A stretch of DNA of 64,000 nt from Alphaproteobacteria bacterium (GTDB taxonomy: Bacteria > Pseudomonadota > Alphaproteobacteria > RF32 > CAG-239). The notes under the pieces were generated by a model, which saw only the letters and a program-made list of their open reading frames with translations, was not told the DNA's origin and searched no databases. Positions 38,104 to 47,840 of this stretch are shown piece by piece (the stretch's first letter is position 1; each line of letters begins with the position of its first letter). Where the stretch lies: the NCBI GenBank assembly GCA_017467515.1, contig JAFUSU010000030.1:215-64214 (forward strand), written 5' to 3'. A program made the position numbers and the translations under genes.

Positions 38104-38604
38104 ATGAAAAGAATCAATAACAAGTATAGAAATAATAACGGAAATAACCAGATTTATTCCCTGAACTACAAATTTGACAGTAGCAGTATTGCCGGAAAAA
38201 TAAGCGGAACAGCGTTGGATTTGATTAAAAGATATAATGAATTGGCAAAAGATTCTGCCAGCAATAATGATTATGTATCTGCTGAAATTTTTCGCCAATA
38301 TGCAGAACATTATCGTAAGATTGTGACGGATATTAATGAAAAAAAGAATCAAAATCGCCAGCAATATATGCCCCAAGATAATCAGCAGCAGGGAAATATG
38401 GAAAATAATGATTCTGAGCAGAATATACAAAACAGTGAACAGGTAACCGAGGCAGAAACAACACAGGTAGCTGAGAAAAAATCTTTTACGGTTGTTGAAA
38501 TTTCTCATACGGAAGCAGAAAGTGCAGTTGAAACGCCTGCCGCAAATGATGAGCCTGTCCGTAAAAAAAGAGTGTACCGTCGTCGACAGACCGTCGCAGA
38601 ATAG
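38104..38604 (+). CDS. DUF4167 domain protein
   Basis: Motif FDS...GKI.G.A..L..RY..LA.D......V.AE.F.QYAEHY; usual position between prmC and clpB. Confidence 0.85.
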   Translation: MKRINNKYRNNNGNNQIYSLNYKFDSSSIAGKISGTALDLIKRYNELAKDSASNNDYVSAEIFRQYAEHYRKIVTDINEKKNQNRQQYMPQDNQQQGNMENNDSEQNIQNSEQVTEAETTQVAEKKSFTVVEISHTEAESAVETPAANDEPVRKKRVYRRRQTVAE

Positions 38605-38624
38605 AAAATTTTAGATCGAGAGGA

Positions 38625-39782
38625 ATGCAGATGTTTTTTCTTATTGCCTCAATGATTGTGGGTATAGCCGCTTCTGCTGTTACAATCAAAACTTTGATTG
38701 GATATACAACACTCAGTTGGTGGGTTAAAACATTAGTATCTCTAATGATTATTTTTTGTTGGTTCGGCCACAATGCCGTATGGTATTTGCGACACAATCA
38801 GATGGTGAGCCTATCCTGTTATTCGCTTTATTCAACGATTGCTTACATAGGGTTGGGTTTCGGATTTATTTTATTAGCATTATTGATAATGCGTGATTTT
38901 GGCTGGTTTACGTTGTATGGTTTTGCGAAAACAGCTAAAATCAGCTGGTATAAACAGGTTGATCCGTATAATTTTTATTATTTGAATAGAGCAAATTTAA
39001 TAACCGTAGGAATTTCTTGTTTGCTTGTTATATGGGGTATTTATGAAGCTGTTAAATTTCCGGAAATTAAAGAACTTACCATTTATGATGCTAAAATAAA
39101 AGAATCTGTAAAAATTGTTCAAATGAATGATTTACATATTAATCGGACCACATCTGTTAAAAAAATTGAAAATCTTGTTGAACGCATTAATAAATTAAAT
39201 CCGGATGTTGTTGTTTTAGTCGGTGACATAGTTGATGAACGTAAGCCGGAGTTATTATCCGAGCAATTGTCAGCTTTAGCACAATTGAAAACAAAATTTG
39301 GGATATATACGGTTTTTGGAAATCACGATTTTTACTCAGGACTATTTATATGGTTGCAAAAATTTATTGATTACGGGTTAGGACCACTATTTAATAATGG
39401 TGCTCAGATAAATGATAATATTTATATCGCAGGGGTGCCGGATAAAAGTATAGCTCAGGCATTTCCTCAGATGAAAATTAATCTGCCGCAGGCGCTAACA
39501 GGAAATAAGAATAATTTATACACGATACTGCTATCTCATACACCTAAATTTACGGATGAAAAGATTAGCGGGATAGATTTACAATTATCCGGTCACACGC
39601 ACGGAGGTCAAATATTTCCATTTCATTTTTTAGTGAAATCAGCCAACAAATATTTGGCCGGATTATATCAAGAAGACGGCTACAAAGTTTATGTGTCGCG
39701 CGGAGCCGGCTATTGGGGACCTCCAATTCGTTTGTTTGCTCCGTCTGACATAACAATTATCAATTTGAAACCTAAAAAATAA
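38625..39782 (+). CDS. Membrane-anchored metallophosphoesterase (YkuE/YaeI-like)
   Basis: Four N-terminal TM segments; motifs DLH, GDIVD, GNHD, LSHTP, SGHTHGGQ and GYWGPP.R. Confidence 0.9.
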   Translation: MQMFFLIASMIVGIAASAVTIKTLIGYTTLSWWVKTLVSLMIIFCWFGHNAVWYLRHNQMVSLSCYSLYSTIAYIGLGFGFILLALLIMRDFGWFTLYGFAKTAKISWYKQVDPYNFYYLNRANLITVGISCLLVIWGIYEAVKFPEIKELTIYDAKIKESVKIVQMNDLHINRTTSVKKIENLVERINKLNPDVVVLVGDIVDERKPELLSEQLSALAQLKTKFGIYTVFGNHDFYSGLFIWLQKFIDYGLGPLFNNGAQINDNIYIAGVPDKSIAQAFPQMKINLPQALTGNKNNLYTILLSHTPKFTDEKISGIDLQLSGHTHGGQIFPFHFLVKSANKYLAGLYQEDGYKVYVSRGAGYWGPPIRLFAPSDITIINLKPKK

Positions 39783-39791
39783 TATCCGCAT

Positions 39792-39823
39792 CTTGACAAG
39801 ATAAGGGGGGAGCACCTACATAT
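39792..39823 (+). promoter_or_regulatory. Putative sigma32 (RpoH) promoter of clpB
   Basis: CTTGAC-17 nt-CCTACAT, resembling the alphaproteobacterial CTTG...CCTATAT heat-shock consensus. Confidence 0.55.
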
Positions 39824-39845
39824 AAAGTATAGAGAGGTGTTGATA

Positions 39846-42431
39846 ATGAATTTTGATAAATTAACAAGTCGTTCAAAAACGTTGGTCCAAGATGTTGTTG
39901 CTTTAGCATCATCTCGCAAGAATCAGTATATATCACCTGAGCACTTACTCAAGGTTTTCTTGAATGATAATGAACCTACAATTATGGAGCTCATCACTAA
40001 AGCCGGTGGACATCTTGATACGCTTCGTCGCTATACCGATGAAGCCTTGAATAAAATTCCGGCAGTAACGGGAGAAACTGTTCAAAGTTTGATGTCACAA
40101 TCATTTTCTCGAGTAATGAGTGATGCTGAAAATATAGCTGAAAAAAACGGAGATAGTTTTGTTACGCAGGAACGTATTTTACAAGCACTTATGAATAGCG
40201 GAACATCAGCGGCTGAAATATTGAAACAAAGTGGTGTTAATCAAAAAGCGCTTGAACAGGCTGTTAATGAATTTAGAAAAGGCCGTGTGGCAGATAGCGA
40301 AAGTTCAGAAGATAATTTTGAAGCTCTGAGAAAGTTTACGATTGATATGACAGCGCGCGCCAAAGAAGGAAAATTAGATCCTGTCGTCGGTCGAGAACAT
40401 GAAATCCGCAGAACAATCCAAGTATTATCAAGAAGAACAAAAAATAATCCGGTTCTGATTGGCGAACCCGGTGTCGGTAAAACCGCGATTGTTGAAGGTT
40501 TGGCTCTGCGCATCATTAATAATGACGTTCCTGAAAGCTTGCATAACAAAAGATTATTATCATTAGATATGGGTGCTTTAATTGCAGGGGCAAAATATCG
40601 AGGTGAATTTGAAGAGCGACTGAAAGCAGTTTTAAAAGAAGTAGAAGCTTCTGATGGTGAAATTATTTTATTTATTGATGAAATGCACACCATTGTTGGT
40701 GCCGGAGCCAGTGAAGGGTCAATGGATGCTTCTAATTTGCTTAAACCGGCATTGGCTCGAGGTGTTTTGCACTGCTTGGGAGCAACAACATTAAATGAGT
40801 ATCAAAAATATGTGGAAAAAGATGCTGCGCTGGCTCGTCGTTTTCAACCGGTTTATGTCGAAGAACCAAGTGTTGAAGAAACAATATCCATTTTAAGGGG
40901 AATAAAAGACAAGTTCGAATTGCACCACGGAGTTAAAATTTCGGATGGTGCATTGATTGCCGCAGCGACACTGTCTAATCGTTATATCAGTGATAGGTTT
41001 TTACCTGATAAAGCTATTGATCTTATGGATGAAGCTGCCAGCGGGTTGCGTATGGCAATAGATTCTAAACCTGAAGAACTTGATGAATTGGATCGTCGTT
41101 TGATGCAGTTAAAAATTGAGAGAGAAGCTCTCAAAAAGGAAAGTGATGATGCTTCTAAAGCAAGACTGCAGCAAATCAGTTATGAAATTTCAGGTCTGGA
41201 AGGTAAGGCTAAAACATTAGGGGATAAATGGCAGGAAACAAGACAGGGATTAGCTGATTTAACAAATCTGAAAGATCAATTGGATAAAGCGCGTATAGAG
41301 GTTGCAATAGCACAGCGTGACGGTCAATATGAACGGGCAGGAGAGTTACAATATGGCGTCATTCCCGAATTAGAAAATAAAATAAAAGAAATTGAAGAAA
41401 ATTCAGCAAAAGCCCATAATCAAATTGGTGAAAATGTCACGGCCGAAAATATTGCGACAGTCGTTTCAAAATGGACGGGGATTCCGGTAGATAAAATGCT
41501 AGAGGGAGAACGTGAAAAACTCATCCATATGGAAGATTACTTATCGAAACGAGTTATCGGGCAAAAAGAGGCAATTGCCGCCGTATCAAACGCCGTCAGA
41601 AGATCTCGCGCGGGTATTAATGACGGACATCAACCGATAGGTTCGTTTTTATTCTTAGGTCCGACAGGTGTCGGCAAAACAGAATTAAGTAAAGCGGTGG
41701 CTGAATTTCTGTTTAATGATGAAAGTGCTATTCTAAGAATTGATATGTCCGAATATATGGAAAAGCACGCTGTGGCAAGATTAATCGGATCTCCTCCGGG
41801 ATATGTCGGTTATGAAGAAGGAGGCGTTTTGACAGAAGCTGTTCGTAGACGTCCGTATCAGGTTATTTTGTTCGATGAAGTCGAAAAAGCGCATCCGGAT
41901 ATTTTTAATATTTTGCTTCAGGTTTTAGATGACGGACGTTTGACCGATGGTAAGGGCAGAACGGTAGATTTTAAGAATACTCTGATTATTATGACCTCAA
42001 ATTTAGGGTCTGAGATTTTAGCAAATGCCGCAGGTCCTGAAGATAGTAAACAGGTTCGCAGTAAAGTGATGGAAGTCGTTAAATCTGCTTTCCGTCCGGA
42101 GTTTATTAACCGTATTGATGAAATAACATTATTTCATCGATTGGATAAGACAAATATCAAAGATATTGCAAAAATTCAAATTGCGAACATTGAAAAACGA
42201 TTATCCGAGCGTCATATTAAGATAAATGTTAACGATGCAGCCTTTGTTTGGATTGTTAATAACGGGTATGATGCCGTATACGGAGCACGTCCGTTGAAAC
42301 GATTGCTTAAAACCCAATTGGAAAATAAATTGGCTATTAAGATTCTTGATGGAGAAATCGGGGATAATGATACGGCAGATGTTATTGTTTTGAACGGAAC
42401 TCTGGACGTTGTTAAGAGGAAACATACGTAG
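39846..42431 (+). CDS. clpB: Chaperone/disaggregase ClpB
   Basis: Two AAA+ modules ([16 protein letters not shown]), M-domain coiled coil, [10 protein letters not shown] and GYVGYEEGG. Confidence 0.97.
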   Translation: MNFDKLTSRSKTLVQDVVALASSRKNQYISPEHLLKVFLNDNEPTIMELITKAGGHLDTLRRYTDEALNKIPAVTGETVQSLMSQSFSRVMSDAENIAEKNGDSFVTQERILQALMNSGTSAAEILKQSGVNQKALEQAVNEFRKGRVADSESSEDNFEALRKFTIDMTARAKEGKLDPVVGREHEIRRTIQVLSRRTKNNPVLIGEPGVGKTAIVEGLALRIINNDVPESLHNKRLLSLDMGALIAGAKYRGEFEERLKAVLKEVEASDGEIILFIDEMHTIVGAGASEGSMDASNLLKPALARGVLHCLGATTLNEYQKYVEKDAALARRFQPVYVEEPSVEETISILRGIKDKFELHHGVKISDGALIAAATLSNRYISDRFLPDKAIDLMDEAASGLRMAIDSKPEELDELDRRLMQLKIEREALKKESDDASKARLQQISYEISGLEGKAKTLGDKWQETRQGLADLTNLKDQLDKARIEVAIAQRDGQYERAGELQYGVIPELENKIKEIEENSAKAHNQIGENVTAENIATVVSKWTGIPVDKMLEGEREKLIHMEDYLSKRVIGQKEAIAAVSNAVRRSRAGINDGHQPIGSFLFLGPTGVGKTELSKAVAEFLFNDESAILRIDMSEYMEKHAVARLIGSPPGYVGYEEGGVLTEAVRRRPYQVILFDEVEKAHPDIFNILLQVLDDGRLTDGKGRTVDFKNTLIIMTSNLGSEILANAAGPEDSKQVRSKVMEVVKSAFRPEFINRIDEITLFHRLDKTNIKDIAKIQIANIEKRLSERHIKINVNDAAFVWIVNNGYDAVYGARPLKRLLKTQLENKLAIKILDGEIGDNDTADVIVLNGTLDVVKRKHT

Positions 42432-42872
42432 ATGAGTAATATATTATATGAAAAAGCCCTAGAAATAGCCGGTAGTTATGATGTTTCCACGCCAAAGGAT
42501 ACAGTGGTACTATATAGTATCAGCTATTTGCCGACGACAGAAAACCGAGACAAAGCTTTTGCCTATGTTAAAGCACATCCGGAAGCCAAAATGATAGAGG
42601 ATACTGTTTGCGGTAAGGCGTTGATGGATATGGGCGTCGGTTATCACGAAGTAGGATTGACGCAAGATGAAATAGCCCAAATTTGGGCTATTGCTTCCAG
42701 ACGTTTTATTCGAAATGTTAAAGGAAAAGTGATGGCCTTTGTTAACCACGCGCATCCCAAAAGTATCTTTAGAATAGTTGAGTTACCTCTACTGCTTGAA
42801 AATAAGAATGTGACAGAGATTAACGGATGCAACAAATATGAATTTGCAGAAAATTTTAATAAAAAACCTTAG
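42432..42872 (+). CDS. Stand-alone CD38/ADP-ribosyl cyclase (ARC)-fold protein, putative NAD+ glycohydrolase
   Basis: LYS(27-29), IEDT..G..L(55-64), W...SRRF(85-92) and SIF..VE(111-117) follow CD38 LWS, LEDTLLGYL, WKTVSRRF and STFGSVE in order; the ATG follows the clpB TAG directly. Confidence 0.7.
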   Translation: MSNILYEKALEIAGSYDVSTPKDTVVLYSISYLPTTENRDKAFAYVKAHPEAKMIEDTVCGKALMDMGVGYHEVGLTQDEIAQIWAIASRRFIRNVKGKVMAFVNHAHPKSIFRIVELPLLLENKNVTEINGCNKYEFAENFNKKP

Positions 42873-42891
42873 CGATGAGCTAAGGTTTTTT
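42861..42891. terminator. Bidirectional terminator
   Basis: A6-CCTTAGC / GCTAAGG-T6, including the stop codon of the 42432 ORF. Confidence 0.85.
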
Positions 42892-42906
42892 ATCTGAGAA
42901 AATAGG

Positions 42907-43221
42907 CTATTGCTTATCTTTTTTTTCATCAGTCGGCATAAAACTTAAGTCCTCGACGGTAATTTCTTCTTCTTCTAAACCGAAATTATCCTCTTTTTTG
43001 GCCTCAGAAGCTTTTTCTTTTACCTTTTTTTGTTTTTCTTTAGCTTTTTCAGCCATTACAGCCGCTTTAACTTCAAGTTCTTTTTTACTTTTTTCTAAAA
43101 TAACTTTGCCTTCTTTTAACTTTTCCTCAGCCTGCCTGCGTAATTCAGGTAATTTGTTGGCGTAAAATATAGCCAAGACGATTAAAACAACGGGAACCCA
43201 GCTCCAAAATCCGAATAACAT
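42907..43221 (-). CDS. TatA/TatB-like single-TM protein (divergent)
   Basis: Short N-terminal TM, KLPEL amphipathic helix, charged tail; position matches tatA of the SPOR-S2P-scpAB-tat cluster; ATG 43221 after AGGAG. Confidence 0.55.
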   Translation of the reverse strand: MLFGFWSWVPVVLIVLAIFYANKLPELRRQAEEKLKEGKVILEKSKKELEVKAAVMAEKAKEKQKKVKEKASEAKKEDNFGLEEEEITVEDLSFMPTDEKKDKQ

Positions 43222-43232
43222 TACTTTTCTCC

Positions 43233-43886
43233 TTACATTAAAAATGAACAAATAAAACGAGTCGCACCAATTATATAATTTTTTATTAAATTCAGATCAA
43301 TATTTAAACTCTGTCCGATAGACGGTAAAACAAAGAGTAAGAACACCATAATAATTAAGCCGTAGTTGTAAGAATTTAAATATCTGAATGCCCACGGCTT
43401 ATTTATCCAACCAAAAAGAATTTTAGAACCATCTAACGGAGGAATGGGAATGGCGTTAAAAACGGCCAAACCAACATTATAAATAATCATATTGATAAAA
43501 AATAAACTGACAATACCTCTGACAAAGGGGGTGGGGATAAAAGCGGCCAAAAGAAGAACTAAGGCGGAAACAACAGCCAACCAAAGATTCATTAAAATAC
43601 CGGCAGAAGCAACGATAATTTCATCGCGAGGTCGTTTCTTTAATTTTAAAGGGTTAATAGGAACAGGTCGTGCCCAACCGAAGATAAATCCGGCATTGCT
43701 CAGCTTAAGAAAGACAGGGAGAACGATAGTTCCCAAAATATCAATATGATGCAAAGGATTTAGGGATAATCGACCTTTAATTTTAGCCGTATCGTCTCCT
43801 AACATATAAGCTGCGTACCCGTGTGCTATTTCGTGCAGAATAATAGCAATTAATAAAGGTAAGAAATGTAGAACGGTTTGTAACAT
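43233..43886 (-). CDS. Site-2 protease family (M50) zinc metalloprotease
   Basis: Motifs HEIAH, GRLSLNPL.H.D and FNAIPIPPLDG. Confidence 0.92.
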   Translation of the reverse strand: MLQTVLHFLPLLIAIILHEIAHGYAAYMLGDDTAKIKGRLSLNPLHHIDILGTIVLPVFLKLSNAGFIFGWARPVPINPLKLKKRPRDEIIVASAGILMNLWLAVVSALVLLLAAFIPTPFVRGIVSLFFINMIIYNVGLAVFNAIPIPPLDGSKILFGWINKPWAFRYLNSYNYGLIIMVFLLFVLPSIGQSLNIDLNLIKNYIIGATRFICSFLM

Positions 43887-44809
43887 TATTTTTTCTTTAC
43901 AATGCAGGTACCACCGAGTGCTTTAACATTATTACACAATTTATCAGCCTCAGCGCGCGTTTTGTATGCGCCGACTTTTAAGCGATAAAAAGTTTTATTC
44001 TGATCTAAAACGGCAGCTTCAATTTCAAAAGGCAGATGAGAAATTTTATATTTTTTACCTAAATCAATTTTAGCTTTTTCAACGGCCGGTCTGTTAGGAG
44101 AAGACATCAACTGTATCTGCCAATTTCCGGCAACGGCGGGCGCAATTTTTTGCGGCTCAGGCGCTTTCGGATTTTCTGTCTTTGTGACAACGGGTTTAGG
44201 TTTTTCCTCAGACTTAACTTCTTCAACCGGTTTTGTTTTGGCAACTTTAACATCTTCAACAACCTTAGTTTTGACAGTTTCTTGCGGAGAAGATGAAGTT
44301 TGTTCCTCTGCTTGCTTGATAATTTCTTCCGTTGTTAAACCGGCATTTTGAACAATCTTTTCTGCTGCAGGCAAAGCTGAATTTTCTGTTATTGATGAAT
44401 CAGTTTCTTGGACCGCTATAACCGGAAGTTTAGGTGCTTCAGGCGGCGGTAAAAGATTTTCAATACCGTTGTCATCTTTCTTTTCGATAATATTATAAAC
44501 GGTTTTATCCTGATTGGGAATATCCATGCCGCCCGGCTCACTCGGCTGAACACGAATAGCCGTTTGTGGACGGCGAATAACAGGAATTTCTTTTTCGCTT
44601 TCGACACGGTATTGCGGTGCCAAAATCATCCAGCCGACGATACAAGCCAAAGCAACGCCGCCGGCAATGCCTAAAAAAATATTTTTTGAATGTCTGATTT
44701 CTTCGCGACGCTCATCAAAGTTATCAATATTTTGGTCAGAAATCTTTTGCCTGAATTCACTTAAAAAATCGTCATTTCTGTTATCATCGTCAGGGAATTC
44801 TTTAAACAT
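43886..44809 (-). CDS. SPOR-domain cell division protein (FtsN-like)
   Basis: One TM, P.IR......RV.P..PGG, disordered linker, C-terminal SPOR domain (WQIQL...YRL..G...A..LC......C). Confidence 0.88.
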   Translation of the reverse strand: MFKEFPDDDNRNDDFLSEFRQKISDQNIDNFDERREEIRHSKNIFLGIAGGVALACIVGWMILAPQYRVESEKEIPVIRRPQTAIRVQPSEPGGMDIPNQDKTVYNIIEKKDDNGIENLLPPPEAPKLPVIAVQETDSSITENSALPAAEKIVQNAGLTTEEIIKQAEEQTSSSPQETVKTKVVEDVKVAKTKPVEEVKSEEKPKPVVTKTENPKAPEPQKIAPAVAGNWQIQLMSSPNRPAVEKAKIDLGKKYKISHLPFEIEAAVLDQNKTFYRLKVGAYKTRAEADKLCNNVKALGGTCIVKKK

Positions 44810-44953
44810 AGGTATACTCCTGTTAAATTTAAAATTTACCCTCATCATAGAATAAAATTATTTATAACCTGTTAATTCTTGATATTAAAATATTTTTTTA
44901 AGATTGCAATATGTTAGTATGATTATAAATTAAAAAAGGATCCGTGAGGAAAA

Positions 44954-45778
44954 ATGGTAAAAATAGCAACATACAATGTAAATTCTGTGAATGCTCGCTT
45001 GGAAAATCTCTGTGCTTGGTTACAGTCAGAGCAACCGGATGTTGTCTTGCTGCAAGAAATTAAATGTGAATTTAATGGTTTTCCTTTTTTTGAAATCAGT
45101 GCGGCAGGGTATGATGCAAAAATATTGGGGCAAAAAAGTTATAACGGCGTTGCAATTTTAAGCCGTTATAAAATAAAAATCGAAAGTGAAAATCTGCCGG
45201 AATTTAAAGATGAACAGGCGCGCTATCTTGAAGCTGAAATACAGCTTAAACACAATAAATTAAAAGTTGCATCAGTCTATCTTCCGAATGGTAATCCGCC
45301 ATATAACGATGTGAGCGATACATCGAAATTTGATTATAAACTGGTGTGGATGGATGCATTTGCTCAAAGGGCAAAAAAACTTCTTCATTCTTCTGATCCC
45401 GTTATTTTGGGCGGAGATTTTAATATTATTAAAACGGATAAAGACGTTTATAATCCGGAATTGTTCAGAGGAAATGCGCTGTTTCGTCCTGAAGTGATTG
45501 ACCGATTGCGCGCCATTGAATATCAGGGGTGGTCAGATGCCTTTTTGCTTTCACAAATGAAGTCATCCGCAGTTATGGAAAAAACGGAAAACGGATACAC
45601 ATATTGGGATTATGCCGGAGGTGCTTTTCCCGCTGATTTGGGACTGAGAATTGACTATTTATTTTTATCTCCGAAAGCGGCAGATCGTTTAGATAAATGT
45701 TGGGTGGATAAATCCCCGCGTCAGAGCGCAAAACCTTCAGATCACACGGCTTTGGTGGCGGAACTGAATTTAGAATAA
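44954..45778 (+). CDS. xthA: Exodeoxyribonuclease III
   Basis: Motifs TYNVNS, LQEIK, YNGVAILS, YLPNG, GDFN, GLRID and SDH. Confidence 0.95.
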   Translation: MVKIATYNVNSVNARLENLCAWLQSEQPDVVLLQEIKCEFNGFPFFEISAAGYDAKILGQKSYNGVAILSRYKIKIESENLPEFKDEQARYLEAEIQLKHNKLKVASVYLPNGNPPYNDVSDTSKFDYKLVWMDAFAQRAKKLLHSSDPVILGGDFNIIKTDKDVYNPELFRGNALFRPEVIDRLRAIEYQGWSDAFLLSQMKSSAVMEKTENGYTYWDYAGGAFPADLGLRIDYLFLSPKAADRLDKCWVDKSPRQSAKPSDHTALVAELNLE

Positions 45779-45789
45779 AAGGAAAAAAA

Positions 45790-46887
45790 ATGAAAAAAAT
45801 TGTATTAATAATCATTTGTTGCTTTTTGAGTTGGGATGTTGCAGCCGGAGATAAAGAACTCTTTCGACAAGTTTATGATCTTTTGCTGAATGAATACATT
45901 GAGGATGTAGAATTCCCCACTTTTTTTGATCCGCTTTTTTCATCTATTGAAAGAGAAGATAAAGATATAGATATTGTTGCCGGAGCATCGACCGTAACGA
46001 TTTATTATAAAGGTAAAATCCATAAGGTATATGCTTATCCGACAGAGCCGAAAAATGCAAAAAAATGGGCTGAATTTACGGATTTTTTGTTGACGGAGGT
46101 TAAAAAAATTTCACCGGTCTTAGCGCATAAAGATTTTGAGTTGGCTGAAGTGATGCTCTATGACGGAACACGTCGATTTGATAAAAATATGAAGTATTTT
46201 CCGATTCTTGATGTCGGTCAGAAACAAGAGAAAATACAAGCGTATAATGCCGGTTTGCAAGAAAACGGGATATTATACATCAGATTAGGGACAATCAATG
46301 ATTATACAACGGGGGAAATTATTAAAACATTTAAGCAATTTCCATCTCCGAAAGGAATTATTCTTGATTTACGCGAGAATAAAGGAGGATATTTAAAGCA
46401 GGCTCTTGATATTGCCGACGTTTTTTTGAGTAAAGGATTAATGATTTACACGATAGGTAAAAATCAAGGAAAGCGAAAAAATTATGTCGCTGAGGATGGT
46501 GAATTGTATAAGGGTATTCCTATGGTTGTTTTAGTTGACGGACAGACAGCTTCAGCGGCAGAAGTTATTGCATTGTCTTTACAAAAAAATAAAAGAGCAA
46601 CAATTGTCGGCGCACAAACATACGGTAAGGGAACGGTACAAAATATTTATAAGTTGGAAAATGAAGCTCATTTGGCTTTAACAACAGAAAAATTTTTTGG
46701 ATTCGGCGAATTTTCCGTAGAAAATATAGGAATGAGACCTGATGTTTGCAGTGTGGTCTTTAATCAAGAAGATGATGATATGGATAAAATTGTGGCAAGC
46801 GGAACCGAATTTGAATGTCCTCAAATTTCTCGTCATTCTGATTTTGATTTAGATGTTGCGGAATATATATTGAAAAAAACAAATTAA
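45790..46887 (+). CDS. S41 carboxyl-terminal processing peptidase (apparently lacking PDZ)
   Basis: Signal peptide; motifs LDLRENKGG, TASAAE and TYGKGTVQ. Confidence 0.88.
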   Translation: MKKIVLIIICCFLSWDVAAGDKELFRQVYDLLLNEYIEDVEFPTFFDPLFSSIEREDKDIDIVAGASTVTIYYKGKIHKVYAYPTEPKNAKKWAEFTDFLLTEVKKISPVLAHKDFELAEVMLYDGTRRFDKNMKYFPILDVGQKQEKIQAYNAGLQENGILYIRLGTINDYTTGEIIKTFKQFPSPKGIILDLRENKGGYLKQALDIADVFLSKGLMIYTIGKNQGKRKNYVAEDGELYKGIPMVVLVDGQTASAAEVIALSLQKNKRATIVGAQTYGKGTVQNIYKLENEAHLALTTEKFFGFGEFSVENIGMRPDVCSVVFNQEDDDMDKIVASGTEFECPQISRHSDFDLDVAEYILKKTN

Positions 46888-46892
46888 GCCGT

Positions 46893-46923
46893 AAAAAAAA
46901 CTACCGTTGCATACGGTAGTTTT
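46893..46923. terminator. Bidirectional terminator
   Basis: A8-CTACCGT / ACGGTAG-T4. Confidence 0.8.
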
Positions 46924-46951
46924 GGAAATTTGATGATGAGAATTTTACACT

Positions 46952-47752
46952 TTATTTCTTTACCATATTTGCACGCTCGATATTTTTGAAATATTTAATC
47001 GTATCCGGGCGTAGTTTGTCGGCAGCACATTCATCACAAATAACAATGGCGTGTTCGTGCATCTGTAAGATGCTGGCCGGACACAAATGGTTAACACCGC
47101 CTTCAATGGTTTGCCGAATAGCTTCTTGTTTATTTTTACCGGAAGCAATTAACATAACCTCATCAGCATCCATAATGGTTCCGATTCCAACAGTCAGAAC
47201 TTTTTCCGGAACTTGTGTACTGTCACCGCCGAAAAAACGAGCATTTGCTTTTGTTGTTTCCGGCTTCAAAAGTTTAATACGTGTTCGAGAAGCAAAAGAA
47301 GATGCCGGCTCGTTAAAAGCAATATGACCATCGGTTCCGATACCGCATAAAAACAAGTTAACGCCACCGACTTTCTGGATGGCTTCCTCATAGCGCTGAC
47401 ATTCGGAAACATAATCACGCGTCATTCCGTCAAGCATATAAACATTTTCTTTTTTGATATCGATGAAGTTGAAAAAATTATCCCACATAAAACGGCAATA
47501 GCTTTGCGGATGATCAGGCGGTAAACCGATATATTCATCCATATTAAAGGTGACAACATTCTGAAAAGAAACTTTACCTTCTTTGTTCTGTTTAATTAAT
47601 TCCTGATAAATTCCCAAAGGGCTGGATCCTGTCGGTAAACCGAGAACGAAGGGTTTTGCGGCGGTCGGGCGGGCCAATTTAATTTTATAAACAATGTACT
47701 CGGCAGCCCATTTAGAGCAACTGTCATAATCGGGTTTAATCAATACGCGCAT
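46952..47752 (-). CDS. nagB: Glucosamine-6-phosphate deaminase
   Basis: Motifs LGLPTGSSP, TFNMDEY and GIG.DGHIAFNEP. Confidence 0.96.
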   Translation of the reverse strand: MRVLIKPDYDSCSKWAAEYIVYKIKLARPTAAKPFVLGLPTGSSPLGIYQELIKQNKEGKVSFQNVVTFNMDEYIGLPPDHPQSYCRFMWDNFFNFIDIKKENVYMLDGMTRDYVSECQRYEEAIQKVGGVNLFLCGIGTDGHIAFNEPASSFASRTRIKLLKPETTKANARFFGGDSTQVPEKVLTVGIGTIMDADEVMLIASGKNKQEAIRQTIEGGVNHLCPASILQMHEHAIVICDECAADKLRPDTIKYFKNIERANMVKK

Positions 47753-47840
47753 AGCTTTTCCCCTCAGTCAATAAAATTTAAACGAATCTTATAGTATATT
47801 TATAATACAAGATTTGCTAACAAAAGTTAAAGGAAATCAA

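Noticed and set aside
38023-38508. 161-aa hydrophobic minus-strand ORF
   Set aside because: It is the antisense shadow of the DUF4167 gene. The other short nested ORFs in the track were rejected for the same reason.
42907-43221. Immunity protein for the ARC-like enzyme
   Set aside because: It is convergent, separated by a terminator, membrane-anchored and TatA-like, and belongs to the SPOR-S2P operon.
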